Shown: one piece after another, positions 38,882 to 51,949 of the stretch | Numbering within the stretch: position 1 is the first letter of the stretch | Layout of the letters: every line of letters begins with the position of its first letter | Origin: Octopus sinensis | Taxonomy: Eukaryota | Length of the DNA: 64,000 nt | Assembly: GCF_006345805.1 (NCBI RefSeq) | Contig: NC_043009.1 | Coordinates: forward strand, 58,404,001 to 58,468,000 | Direction: 5' to 3' | Position numbers and translations under genes: made by a program | The notes under the pieces: generated by a model | The model's database searches: none | What the model saw: only the letters and a program-made list of their open reading frames with translations | Told to the model about the DNA's origin: nothing

Positions 38882-38900
38882 TATTATTATTATTATTATT
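38687..38900. repeat. (TTA)n(TCA)n(TTA)n compound microsatellite between the two Dong-like copies
   Basis: Direct reading. Confidence 0.95.
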
Positions 38901-41481
38901 CAGTAGTTTATTTATAGCGTGCTTTCACTTCACTACCGAGCGCACTCTGTGTGCCTTGGGTATGTGCTGTGATTTGTTGTGTGTGCTCTGATGGTTATTG
39001 TATGGAAAGTGTTCTGCGTAGGATGTGTGCAGTGCCTAGTAGTGCAATTTTCTGTATGTTATATGTGTTTGTAAGTCCTGGTGTTTTTGTTATGTATTTG
39101 TCTGAATATGTTTTTCATCATGCCTAATGCACCTACTATGATAGGAATTGTTTCTGTTTTCAGATTCCACATTCTAGTTACCTCATTTCCAGGTCTTTGT
39201 ATTTTGAGAGTTTCTCCATTTCTTTTAGAGACACGTTGTCACTGCCGGTATTGATACATCAATTAGAAAGCATTTTTTTTCTCATGGTCTCTGACAACTA
39301 TATCTGGTCTGTTGGCCTTAATTTCTCTATCTGTGTGTATCGGCATATCCCAGAGTATGGTTGCTTTCTCGTTTTCTGTGACCTTTTCTGGTGTGTGCCT
39401 ATACCATCTTTTTTCTGTTGTTATTCCATAATGTTGGCATAGCTTCCAATGTATGTAGGTTCCAACTCTGTCATGTCTGTGAATATATTCCTTCTTAGCC
39501 AGGACTGGGCAGCTAGAGATAATATAATTTATTGTTTTTTGTCCATCTCCACATATTCTGCAGTTCCTTGTAATATTTCTTTTCATTACATGTTTTGGTA
39601 ATTTCTGGTGGGGAGGCTTTGGTCTTGTGCTGCAATTAAAAATCCCTCTGTTTCTGCTTTGAGTCCTGAGCTTCTCAACCATTGCTGGGATTTTTCTTTG
39701 TCTATTTCTTTTGCGTTTAGTTTAGTGCAGTATTTACCATGAAGGGGCTTTTCTTGCCATCGTTTTATCATGGTTCGTTGCTGTTCTATTTTTAGTTTGG
39801 ATTTCATTTGTTTTATAGCTTTTGTTGTTTTTTCATCATCATCTTCTTCTTCTTCGTGTTTATTAGGTGGTATGATTTCTTGTTTGTATTTGTCAGCTTC
39901 CTTAAATACTGAGAACAGTTTTTTGTTTTGCCTCGTGTTTTGCTGCTATCGGGATCAGTTTTCCTCCTTCTGAAGTAGGTATTTTTGCAGTCCTATGGTG
40001 GTTATTATAGTAGTTTTCCAGTTGTATAAGGCCTCTACCACCTTCTATACGTTGTATATATAGTCTTTCTATGTCAGATTTTGGGTGATGCATCCTAGAT
40101 CCTGTCATTATTTTTCTTGTTTTCCTATCTATTTTGGTCAGTTCATTTCGTGTCCAGTTAAGGATATTGTAGCTGTAACTTATAACTGGGACAGCTAAAG
40201 TGTTGATATCTATTATCTTGTTTTTAGCATTAAGCTCTGTGTTTAGTATTGATCTAACTCGTCTATAATATTCTTTTTTTATTTTCTCTTTCATTTGTGT
40301 GTGTTGTGTCTTATCTAGTTCATGGATTCCTAAGTATTTGTAAGTTTGGCTTTGGTCTAATTCTTTTATTTCATTGGTTTTATCTAGTGTGATGTTGTTA
40401 CTACTTAACTAGTTTTCCTCTTTCAGGGTTACTTTGGCGCATTTTTCTAATCCAAATTTCATATCTATTTCTTTGGTAAATCCATGAACTGTCTTTAATA
40501 GTGTTTCCAGCTGTTTGTCATTTGCAGCGTATAGTTTTAGGTCATCCATATATAAAAGGTGGCTGATCGTTTTGCCGTAACATTTATATCCGCATCCAGT
40601 TCTATTTAGCATATCAGATAGAGGTGACAGTGCCAAGCAGAAAAGGAGTGGAGAGAGCGTGTCTCCCTGGAATATTCCTCTTCTAATGGGGATGTCTTTG
40701 GTTTTCATGAGTCCCTCTTTTTTTTTTGAGGTGTAGGACTGTTTGCCATTTATTCATAGAGTGCTCTATGAATTTTATGATTGTTGGTGCTACTTTGTTA
40801 TGGCTAGTGTTTCGAGGATCCATGTGTGGGGGATGCTATCAAACGCCTTTTTGTAGTCAATCCAGGCCATACTGAGGCCTTTCTTCTTTCTGTGGCTGTC
40901 TTCAGTTACGGCTTTATTAATCATTAGTTGATCTTTACAGCCATATGAGCCTTTGCGGCATCCTTTCTGCTCTTCTGGGAACAGTTTGTTTTCGTCCAGG
41001 TGCTTGTTCAGCCTTTGCGATATCACTGCAGTAAATGCCTTGAACATAGTAGGGAGGCAGGTTATTGGTCTGTAGTTTTCTGGTTTTGCTGTTTCATTTG
41101 ATTTGGGAATTAAGATGGTTTTTTCCCCTTCGTGAGCCATTCAGGCATTGTCTCTGGCTCTGCTAGTATGCTGTTAAAGTTTTCAGCCAGCTTTTTGTGC
41201 ATTCCTGTTAGATATTTCAACCAGAAGTTGGGGATCTTGTCATGCCCAGGTGCCTTCCAGTTGCTTAGTTTTTGCAGTGCCTGGGTGACCTCTTCAGTTG
41301 TTATGGGGGTCCAAAGTTGTTCAGATGCCGAGTTTGTTTTTTTGATACTCCTTTTTTTTGGCTGTTCGTTCGCCGACCATATTTCTCTCCAGAATTCTTC
41401 CAATTCTTCTGCCGTTGGTGCTGCAGTGACTTCTATTTTATTTTTTCCCAGTTCTTGGTAGAACTTTTTGGGGTTGGAGTT
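38901..41481 (-). mobile_element. 5'-truncated R4/Dong-clade non-LTR retrotransposon (RT, zinc knuckle, restriction-like endonuclease), frameshifted
   Basis: NYRPITCL, EQKGCRKGSYGCKDQL, WIDYKKAFDSIPH, RGIFQGDTLSPLLF, HLLYMDDLKLY, CRICG...ISSC, RHD, NRPDIVV; C-terminus ALLGTAHILRRTLSIQ* (stop 38995-38997); flanked by (TAA)n on its sense strand. Confidence 0.9.
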
Positions 41482-41511
41482 GATTATTATTTATTATTAT
41501 TATTATTATTA

Positions 41512-41566
<55 letters not shown>

Positions 41567-41648
41567 CGCTCGGTCTTAGATTCGAACGCGCGATTCCTCG
41601 ACCACGATCCGCTGCTCTAACCACTAGGCCATGTGCCTCCACACACAC

Positions 41649-41679
<31 letters not shown>

Positions 41680-42554
41680 TATATATATGTGTGTGTGTGT
41701 GTATGAGTGTGTTTAAAAAGAGACAGAGAGACTGAGTGAGATTATATATTAGTATACTGGCATATTCTAACTTCTAAACACCCATACATACATGCACGCA
41801 TACATACATTTATCTATAGAAGTCACGGCATTTTTATACTTTTATTTATTTTACTAATTATATTTCAGATTTCTTTAATAGTGCATCATGTTTAGATGAT
41901 AATCTTTGAATCCATTAAACTTTCGATAGAGATTTTAACAGAATTCAAAACGCACGCAATTAATCAACTGTGTAACGCTGAAGTGATCATATATGAAACA
42001 GCAGGCATCTCCTACGAGTTGTAATTGAAATGATGATTTCATTAATACCATCATTATTGTCACATTGAAAATTTGCTCGGGAGTTACCTCCAAGTGACTT
42101 TCAGTGACCAATACATATTTCAAAGTTATTAAGCGCTTGCTGTCTCTCATTGTGTCTGCTTGTTAGTTTCTGCTTTGCGTGTTATTATTAGTAAAGCTCT
42201 TAAAATATATTTATTAGTGACAGATTTACTAAATAATGCTTTTTTCTGATTAGGTATTTTCTCTCCGGTTTTACAATGCGCTGCGCCTTATTGCAAGTGC
42301 ATAGAAAATCAACAAAAAAGTGTCGTCGCTGTACGATATTACATATAAACACCTGATGACTTTCATGTTGTGTTCCTCAAATCTTTTGCTCCGCTGAGTA
42401 GTAAGTGTCCATGAATATTTGCAAGATCGGTGACAGTAGCGGGAGCGAGGCAACGAAGTATCCTTAATAAACAACTCCGAGTAATTCTTACGTATGGTGT
42501 AACAAATGTGTTCGGTTTAATGACTTTAATTATGTACACACTTTTCTCAATATA

Positions 42555-43783
42555 TTGGGTTGGGTAAAATGTAAGCAACGTTATGAACCATGAAAACTTT
42601 GTACTGGATTTTTACAGAATTTTATGTTTTTTAAATAAAGATTTTGAAAATGTCTGATAATACTGACATAGACCTGCCGAAATGCATCAATAAATTAACA
42701 TTTATATTGTTTACGCCGTTGTTACAATAATCTGAAATGGAACTGTCAAAGCGCGATATTCGAGAAATTTTTCTATTCAACTCCAAAAAAAGACGTAAAG
42801 CAGCTGAAACTGCTCGCGATATCAACGAAGCGTTTGGTGAGGAAATGCAGTGAGTGGTCAGCTCGAAAATGGTTTAAACGATTTGGGAGTGGAGACCTTT
42901 GCCTTGCAGATCGTGAGCGTAGTGGATGCCCATCTGTCATCGATGGTGGTCAATTAAAAACCGTCATTGAGAAAGATCTACGTAAAACCACTCGAGAACT
43001 GGCAAAAGAACTTCAAGTTAGCCAGAAAATCGCCTGCAACCATTTGCATGTGATCAGAAAATTTAAAAAAACTCGATAGATTGGTACCACACGATTTGAA
43101 TGAAAATCAGAAAATGCGCAGTTATGAAATTTGCTCGTCCCTTCTTCTCCGTAATCAGACCGATCCATTTTTCGACTGTATTGTAACCTGCGATGAAAAG
43201 TGGAATCTGTACAATAATAAAAATATGCTCTTCAGGGTGGTTGGCCCAAAATGAAGCCCAAAAATCTTCCTTAAACCCGAGCTCTTCAAAAAGTACGTTA
43301 TGGGGACTGTTTGGTGGTCTTAAAATCTATTGGTATGAAGTTGACAAAATGAACGAAAAATCTGCTTTTCCTCCGTCCCAGACTAATCAACAAAAGAGGA
43401 CTAATCATTCTTCATGACAATGCTGAACCACACGTTTCACTCATGACGCTCCAGAAGTTGAGGATACTTGGCTACGAAGTACTTCCCCACTAAGCTTATT
43501 CCCCAGAACTTTTTCATACCGACTACCACTTTTTCAAGCAACTTGATGGTTTCCTGTGAGGGGAGTTCAAAATTCAAACCGATGCTGAAAGTGCTTTCAA
43601 AGAGTTCATCAACTCCAGAAATCCAGATTTTTATGTTACCAGAATAAACAAACTTGTAACTCGTTAGCGAAAATGTGTTGATTGTAATGATAATTACATT
43701 GATAAATAAAAGTTTCGCATCGTTGAAATATATAGTGATGAATTTCAGGTTTCAAAATGTTGGTTACTTCTCACTCAGCCTGA
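42555..43783 (+). mobile_element. Mariner transposon, cecropia/Hsmar1-like, degraded
   Basis: Diverged TIRs TTGGGTTGGGTAAAATGTAAGCAACG and its inverse ending at 43783; TA flanks. Confidence 0.85.
42737..43709 (+). pseudogene. Mariner transposase pseudogene
   Basis: MELSKRDIREIFLFNSKKRRKAAETARDINEAFG, ERSGCP, LVPHDLNENQK, IVTCDEKW, LHDNAEPH, YSPELFHTDYHFF, KCVDCN; carries stops, frameshifts and an internal deletion. Confidence 0.9.
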
Positions 43784-43788
43784 TATAT

Positions 43789-43854
<66 letters not shown>

Positions 43855-43855
<1 letters not shown>

Positions 43856-44371
43856 TAGCAGTATCACCCGGCGTTGCTCGGGTTTGTAAGGGAAATAACT
43901 ATATAAGCATTTTTAGAGAGTTACTTCCCTTATAGATGCCAATTCGGGCTTTCTTAGCCATTTCTGTTTTGGTGTCTTCAAGCCACGAAGTCGTTGTTCT
44001 AAAAGAACGCTGGTCTCCTTGACAACGCATTACGACGTTGATTTCCTTAAACTCCCTTCCCCAGAGCTTCACGAGGGAGGGAAGAAGGGGGAGAAGCAAA
44101 CACAGGTGCAGGTGTTTGAGCGTGGACGCCAACTCCGCCGCCATCGACACACAAAAAATTATGCATTAAAATGGAATAAAAAATGATGTTAAATTATTTC
44201 TAAAATCGTAGACTCATCGTAGACGCGCGCTAATAGTCAGACGGGCTCGATATTAATCACGACTATAAGATACCCGAGTTTGGTTAAACTTCACCGCAAA
44301 ATGTGGGAGGAGTTAGGAATCTAAATCGTAGGAGACAGACACTCACACAACTACAGTTTTATATATAAAGA
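43855..44371 (-). mobile_element. Non-autonomous Helitron, 517 bp
   Basis: Minus strand starts TCTTTATATATAAAA and ends CCCGAGCAACGCCGGG (hairpin), 8 nt, CTAG; inserted between A and T with no TSD. Confidence 0.8.
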
Positions 44372-44480
44372 TATACTCCTAACCTTCTGATCAAAAGAAT
44401 ATGTATCTTGTTTGTGATTTACTTATATGTGTGTGTGTGTGTGTTTGTGTGTGCGTGTGTGCATTTTCCTTTTATTTTTC

Positions 44481-44700
44481 CTTTTACTTGTTTCAGTCAT
44501 TTGGGTACTGCCATGCAAGAGCACCGTCTTTAATCGGGAAAATCAGCCCCAGGACTGATTCTTTGTACGCCTAGTACTTACTCTATCGGTTTCTTTTGCA
44601 AAACCGCTAGTTTAAGGGGACGAAAACGCACCAGCATCGATTTTCAACTGATGTAGAGGAGACATGCACAGACACACAAGCATATATACACACGTACATA
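44481..44700 (-). mobile_element. SINE family A, 3' half
   Basis: Similarity to 10150-10370. Confidence 0.75.
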
Positions 44701-44724
44701 CGTATATATATATATATATATAAT

Positions 44725-44759
<35 letters not shown>

Positions 44760-45699
44760 CCGAGTAGGCGTTTAAGTTTCCATTTTGATATTTTTGCTTT
44801 GCTACATCAAATTTTCTACGACGTACTAGCCGAAAACTATAATGATTCCTCGTTAAAATTAATTATGCATTTTTAAAATTCCTCTCTTTGATATGTGTAA
44901 TTTCAGCGGTATTACTTTTGTATTGAATTGCTGTGTTGTCAATTGTCAATAGTCAATAAAATTATTTTAATTTCGACAAATTTATATTTCGTCAAGTACT
45001 TTTTATATCTTATTATTTCCACATATAATTTCGTTCATTTACTTAACGTTGCACGAACCTTGGTTAAAAGCAAGCTATCTAATCGAAATTTACTGAAATG
45101 GTACCAGATCCCTACGTATTACCAATGATTGTCGGAAAGCATGAGAAAAAGAGAAACACAACAGACAAAAATTTTCTTTCGCAAATTCATATCCGCTTTT
45201 GAGATAGCCTTGCATCAAATTATCGGTATATATGATATATTTAGAGAGTATACTAACGTGGAACGGCACTAGCTATACGATTTTGTCCGAAAGAAGCTTC
45301 TCAAGGAAGCTTCTGTTAAAACAAATCTTTGCTCAAACTCTTGTATTTTGCCGAACACGGTGTTTCGACCTAATGTTGTTCACTCTGTGACGAATGCACC
45401 GGAGGTTCCCTGTTTATCAAGACAAATCAAAAATATCAGAAATCGTCAGAAAGCATTTATAATTGTATAATCTAATTCAGTTATTAAATGTTTGTGTCTC
45501 TAATTTTAGGTATTCTATGGTAATTATATTAGTGAAATTAATTTCAAACGTCTGAATATGCATCTGAAAGAGTACCATCTTGTCTATGACGGTAAAGAGA
45601 AACCATAGCTTCGATTTTGTGGATTGGTCGTGAAACTGCCGAACTAATAAACCAAATATTCAGTCCTGAATAATGCGACATCGTTTCTTATAAAATAAT

Positions 45700-46263
45700 T
45701 ACTGATAAATTGAGCGATCATTTCAAGAAACATCTAAATATTCTGATCGTATCTAATAAATTTCAACATTGTGTAATGAAAACCGATCAATTATGCGGTA
45801 ATTGGGAAATTGAGATGAGATTGTTGACGCGATATTGCAAATTCGAAGATAACGCTTTGAATATCGCTGATCGTCTGATACGTGATAGAACTGACAAATT
45901 TGCGCGACACGAAGAAAAGTGCTTGTCTTCCGACATGAAAATCCATCACTCAGTGATGTAGGAAAAGCTGCAATCTCTATTGTTCGTGCTAAAGAAGCTG
46001 AATAACTACTTATTGGTGCAACGATATCAAGCAAGATATTAATGATATTTCTGAAAGCTTCTTCGAATTCTGTAGAACATAATAACCTTAACGTTATTCA
46101 TTGTCGAATTTCACATAAAGATATTACATAATTAAATAACCAATGGGAATGTTATGTAAATTGTTATATCGATCGTAAAAAAAAAATTATTGCCCACATA
46201 TAAGAATGAAAAATGTAGCAAAATCTAACATTTAGCAAATACATACTTGATATTAAAATGTAA

Positions 46264-46321
<58 letters not shown>

Positions 46322-48500
46322 TGCGAAATATCGTCAAAGCACTTACAAAAATTACACTGGCCGTGATAATAATTTGTTGATAGTTTATACGAATCAAATG
46401 AATTAAATATTGAAGCTAATTCGATATATATTAAAAATCTGTGTGAAGTAATCGGAAATAAATGTTATATTTCAGCACATATCAATAATAAATTGCATAA
46501 ATTCTAATTTCGATATAGGCGCCACAAGAACTTTGATTTGAATAAATATGAAATAATCAACTCTCCCTCATTAGTATCTGTATCGATAAAATTAAACGCT
46601 TATGGTAATAAAAATATATTCCAATGGAAAGAAAATGCCTATTAAATATTAAAATTGGAAATAAATAACCGCAAAATTTAAAAGCTCTTATTAGCAATTC
46701 AGAACTGGGTTCAAATTTAATCGTAAATAATTGGTTAAAAGCATTAAATATATCGCCCATAGCTTTGCACAGTAATATTACTGATATTGTTAATAGGGTT
46801 TATACGTCAACTGATTTGAATATTAAAAATATAATCGACTTTTTCATGTGTCAAGTATCGTGCACCATCAGCCTAAGCCAGTTAAAAATGCACCATATCG
46901 TGCATGGGTTATATTTTCATTTGGTTTTGGCCATAGGACGTATTTCACTACATCGGTGTGCAAAAGCAATATGACGAAAAACCTGACTGTAACCATTTTC
47001 GAATAACGAAATGATAAAGTAATTAAACGGTAAAGTATTGAATGGTACATCGAAATGAACTAATTACAGTGAGTGGCTTGCGTCGGTCGTCGTCGTTTTT
47101 TGAACCTGCACGGCAAATTCATGTCTTTTGGTGATTTCGAAACCCCAATCAATAATCAGGCATGCCCAGACATGATTAATTATTCTGTAAAATGGAAGGT
47201 GAAAATGAAAATCAGCAGACTAATGAGTTTTAAAGACATGTATTTACTAATGGAGGCAACAAGAAAATTACAAAATGTACGATTAGTAAATACAACTTCC
47301 GGTCATTATAAAGTAATTCCATGCCTAATTAGCTGAACTCGTGCCTCGTTCTAATTTGTTATCTGGAATAAAGTATTTTACGACTTATCTAGACAGTATC
47401 ATTAGCACTTCCATATAGAATAAAGAATATTTAAATCAAGAAGAAAAATACATTTTTTTCACCAAAAAGTCGATTATCTTGGCTATAATATTAACGCATC
47501 TGGGGAAAAGAAATGATTACCCTGAAAGTAAAAAAAAAAACTGTCGATGCTATAAAAAAAATTACCAATTCAAAAATCTGCAAATGAAATATTAGCATTT
47601 GTTCCAAAAGTCGGATATTGCTGCATATTTATTAAGAATATGGCAATTCTTACTGAACCATTATAGAATTTAACGAAAATGAACGTACCGTTCAAATAGT
47701 TGTCAACGAATATTTGATGAGGTTAGAGAGTTCATGCATTGTAATGATAACTCGCCTCTAATTTTGGCAGTGGTTACATCACAAATCAGTGTTGGAACTA
47801 TTCTTTATAGCATGAAAATGAAGTTGAACGTCCGCTGACACACGCTTCTAAGACACTGAATGCATATTTCAACGGTGGTATTCATCAAAAGATAAGTTGA
47901 TTAGCTATTTGTTTTTCTCCCCAGTTGCTGTATAGATGATAATTCTTTATCGTTATTCGTCGTCTATCAAAACCTGCATAAATACATGGACTCACTGGAT
48001 GATGAAATACGCATTTGTCGATTTCAATGGCTGGTAATTGCATAAAATCGATTCAAAACTGCCATTATTCCCTCTCGTCGTTCTTGGCTCGCACTGCAAG
48101 CAATCGGCCCTGCGACTACGCAAATCCACCAGACAGTGAATAACAAAAGTGCGTTGCTCGGTATTGCAAATCAAACATTGAAAATAAACAATTTATTGTT
48201 AGTTCCAAATTATATATTCAAACTTTGTACTATTTATCAATTAGCACGTGTATTAATAAGTACTAAATGCATCGTACAGTATTGTACTTTCGTTGAAAGA
48301 CAATAATTTTGTTATCAGAGTGAAATTGGAAGTCACCATTAAAAAGTTCGATAATTCCGATAATTCAATTATCCTCGAGTATTTGTATTCGTTTATCGAA
48401 TATTATCGGCACAGTGTTAAATGGTGAATGAAGAATCAATTCCGTTTTGACTACAAACACAGTGATTGTCACAAGCATTTTAAATGCGTCGCATGTGCCA
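45700..48500 (+). mobile_element. Highly degraded Ty3/Gypsy internal region (gag, RT, RNase H)
   Basis: Collinear peptide relics: gag-like CKFED...LIRDR (about 45835); RT-like GKFMSFGDF, FKDMYLLME, VNTTSGHY, TYLDSII, VDYLGYNI (47110-47505); RNase H-like PLILAV..S..VGTIL and ERPLTHASKTL (47735-47860). No LTRs found; boundaries approximate. Confidence 0.6.
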
Positions 48501-48732
48501 CATACCTTATTTCTCTTGACAGATAATTACTGCTTTACTAATTCAATCCACTTTTATATAAGTTTGGGAGACAACCCTTATACTTCCTGAAGTAACATAA
48601 GATTTTCTTTGGATGTAGTTAGTTGTCTCCTTAAGAATTATCGCGATTGACCTTAACCTTATAATTAGTTTCAAATTAACGTTAATCTTATAATTGCTTT
48701 TTAAAAACCTTAACCTGTGATTGGTTTCAATC

Positions 48733-49042
48733 GTATTTCGTCTGTCGTTACGTTCTGAGTTCAAATTCCGCCGAGGTCGACTTTGCCTTTCATCCTTTCG
48801 GGGTCGATAAATTAAGTACCAGTTACGCACTGGGGTCGATGTAATCGACTTAATACCGATGTCTGTCCTTGTTTGTCCCCTCTGCCTTTAGCCCCTTGTG
48901 GGTAATAAAGAAATAGGTACTTATTTTATCGAACCCGAAATGATGACAGGCAAAATCAACCTCGGTGGAATTTGACTGCAGAAAGTAATGACGCTAAGCA
49001 TTTTGCCCTGCGTCCTAACTATTCTCCAAGTTCCTTGTCTTA
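48733..49042. mobile_element. Two SINE family B copies in opposite orientation
   Basis: 48733-48917 plus; 48916-49042 minus. Confidence 0.75.
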
Positions 49043-49314
49043 GGCTCAACCTATAATTGCTATATTAAATCACCCAGTTGATGCTCATGTTTCACAATTT
49101 CCAACTTCTTTGTTGCTACAATATAAAACGTATGTCAATGTTTCTGTGCATCTCTGTATTCGTGTATATATATATGTCTTACTCTTTGTATGAATAAGTA
49201 TCTGTAGGTTTCTGTTTAATTCAGTATGCGTGTGTGTTTATATGTGTGCGTGTTTATACGTGTAGATGACTATAAGCATGCGTATGCCTTAGCGTGTCTT
49301 TCATATTTTTTCTG

Positions 49315-49550
49315 TTCTTTATTTTAGTCATTAGATTGCGGCCATAATGGGGCACCGCCTTGAAGAATTTTTATTTATATATTTATTTTATTTGCTAAGC
49401 CAAGTAGTTGTTCTATCGGACCCTTTTTGCTGAACTGGTAATTTACAGGAACGTAAACATGCCAACACCGGTTATCAAGTGGTGGTGAGGTCAAACACAA
49501 AAGACGCACACAAACACACTTATATATACATACATACATACATACATACA

Positions 49551-49586
<36 letters not shown>

Positions 49587-49992
49587 TATATTCAATATGT
49601 GACCGGGTGGGTATCGTTGACGATTTTTTTTACTCCGTCTCCCTTTCCTCGGATCTTTCCTTTTCCTATATTTCTGACGAAGAACTCCGCTCGAAACATT
49701 AAATCCTCCTTTTTTCTTTCCTTTCCTGAGCATCTGATAACATTATACTTCTTCCACGTCCTCGCGTTGTTGTGTTTTCTCTTTTGTTCATGTTTTGGAT
49801 AACTATATATATATATATATATATAGATATATTTATATTTATATATGCGATAAGCTACTTCCAGTTTCCATTTACCAAATCCCCACTGACAAGGCTTTGC
49901 TCGGCCCCGAAGCTATAGTTTAGAAAATATTTGCCCAAGGTGTCTCGCAGTGGGACTGAACCCAGAACGCAGTGTGATTCTTACCACACTGC
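49315..49992 (-). mobile_element. SINE family A split at its internal microsatellite
   Basis: 3' half at 49315-49520 and 5' half at 49855-49992. Confidence 0.7.
49597..49805 (+). mobile_element. F2 Penelope-like fragment with hammerhead at 49670-49704
   Basis: attt-CTGACGA-A-GAAC-tcc-GCTC-GAAA-CA-TT-aaat; homologous to 16961-17168. Confidence 0.7.
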
Positions 49993-50985
49993 ATACACAT
50001 TATAAGCATTGTATGTGTGAGTGTCATTTTAATATCTAAGATGTACGAGTAACTGTGCGTACGTGACTTTAGCCAGGCATGCGTATATCCAAGTGTTTAT
50101 CAATGATCGTTCATAAACAATCTAGAAACTTCGTGTAAAGATGAATGTATGAGTGCGTTTATGTGTGAGCGTGTATGTTTGAGTATGTATGTGTATGTGT
50201 GAGTGCGTGTATGTGTGCGACTGTGTATTTCTATGTGTTACTAGTTGTTCCCTGGCAACCTTTCATGAGGATCAAGTTTTTTGATTAATAGCCGTATCTG
50301 GGAAGAAATAAATCCCTTCTTCGGAGCTTAACCCTTTATCAAATATAATCCCATCCGACTGCATCCTCCGTTCACCCCCCTCCTTGATTTTTGTGATTTG
50401 TTTTATCACTAGCAGCAGCAGTAGCCGCTGCAGAACCATCACGACTACGAGTACCGCTTCTGCTGCTACTACTACTATTACGACGGCCATGACGACCACG
50501 TCCACCACCACCACCACCACCACCACCACCACCACCACCACCACCACCACCGCAGCCGCCGCCACGACCACGACCACCTCTACCATATCCACCGCCATCG
50601 CCGCCTCTAATCACCACCACCACCATCACTGCCAGTAACCACAACACAACCAACACTACCACTACCGCCATCAATCATGACAACCGACATGAACAGGATT
50701 CTCACAAGCCATCAAAGGAACGTGTCAGTATTGGTTCGACCTCGTAGAAGCAGCAGCTAAATCACGCTCAAATCATACCCCGCCGTCTTAAACAAGTCAA
50801 GGTGACATTTCATAATGTAGTCTTATAAATTACTAAAACAGACATTACGGTCACGGATGGAAGGATTTTGTCCATTTTTCTGCTTTATCAGGGCTGACCA
50901 CGGCTAAACAATAACTAACATCACCACCTACAGCACCTAAACTACTACTACTACTACTACTACTACTAATACTACTACTACTACA

Positions 50986-51034
<49 letters not shown>

Positions 51035-51043
51035 TACTACTAC

Positions 51044-51079
<36 letters not shown>

Positions 51080-51116
51080 TAATAGTGATAATGATAGTAA
51101 TAATTATAATTAACAA

Positions 51117-51672
51117 ATGCCCTGATGCAGTACCAGGAAGTGGCTCACGTGGCTTCTGATCTGAACTGATTGGAAGTGTTATCATGTACATTGTTTTGTC
51201 TTGGTATAAAAGATGGGCTACAGCAAATATTCTGCTCAATACCACAGATTTGCTTGTCAGTTGATTGACCATAACCAGTTGAGCATGTCCCTTAGAGGCT
51301 GACGATATGTGCATCTCTGATCACGAGCAGAAGTAGTGGGGGAGCATCATAGCCATGTGTTGAGCGGGATTCTTTGGCGTTTGAATAATTCACCTCTGGA
51401 AACACGGGTGTTTCGCTCAACAACATCAAACAACCCTTATTCAGGGACCTTTTGAGCGGGATGGGTTACTCGACCAGAAGAAAATTCTAACTGGGTTCCA
51501 TCTGCAAGTTCATGTGCTGTTTATCTTGATATGGGATCGCAATGTCGCGCACATATGTTTGTGATGCATGTGCCTAGTGTACCCTTATCAGACGGGTAGT
51601 CATGATGGGTATATTGGGCTTCGTATATTTTACCCCAGTGTCACTTTGAGGACATTCACAGCTCTCTCACTC
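51117..51672 (+). mobile_element. Family D element embedded in (TAA)n
   Basis: Longer copy of 19544-20049; ends CTCTCACTC|AATAAT. Confidence 0.8.
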
Positions 51673-51699
51673 AATAATAATAATAATAATAATAATATC

Positions 51700-51733
<34 letters not shown>

Positions 51734-51810
51734 TTAGTAATAGTAGTAGTAATGATAATAATAACAATAACAATAATCATAATAATAACAACAACCACAA
51801 CAACAACAAC

Positions 51811-51848
<38 letters not shown>

Positions 51849-51886
51849 TAATACCACCACTACCACCACCACCACCACCACTACTA

Positions 51887-51949
<63 letters not shown>

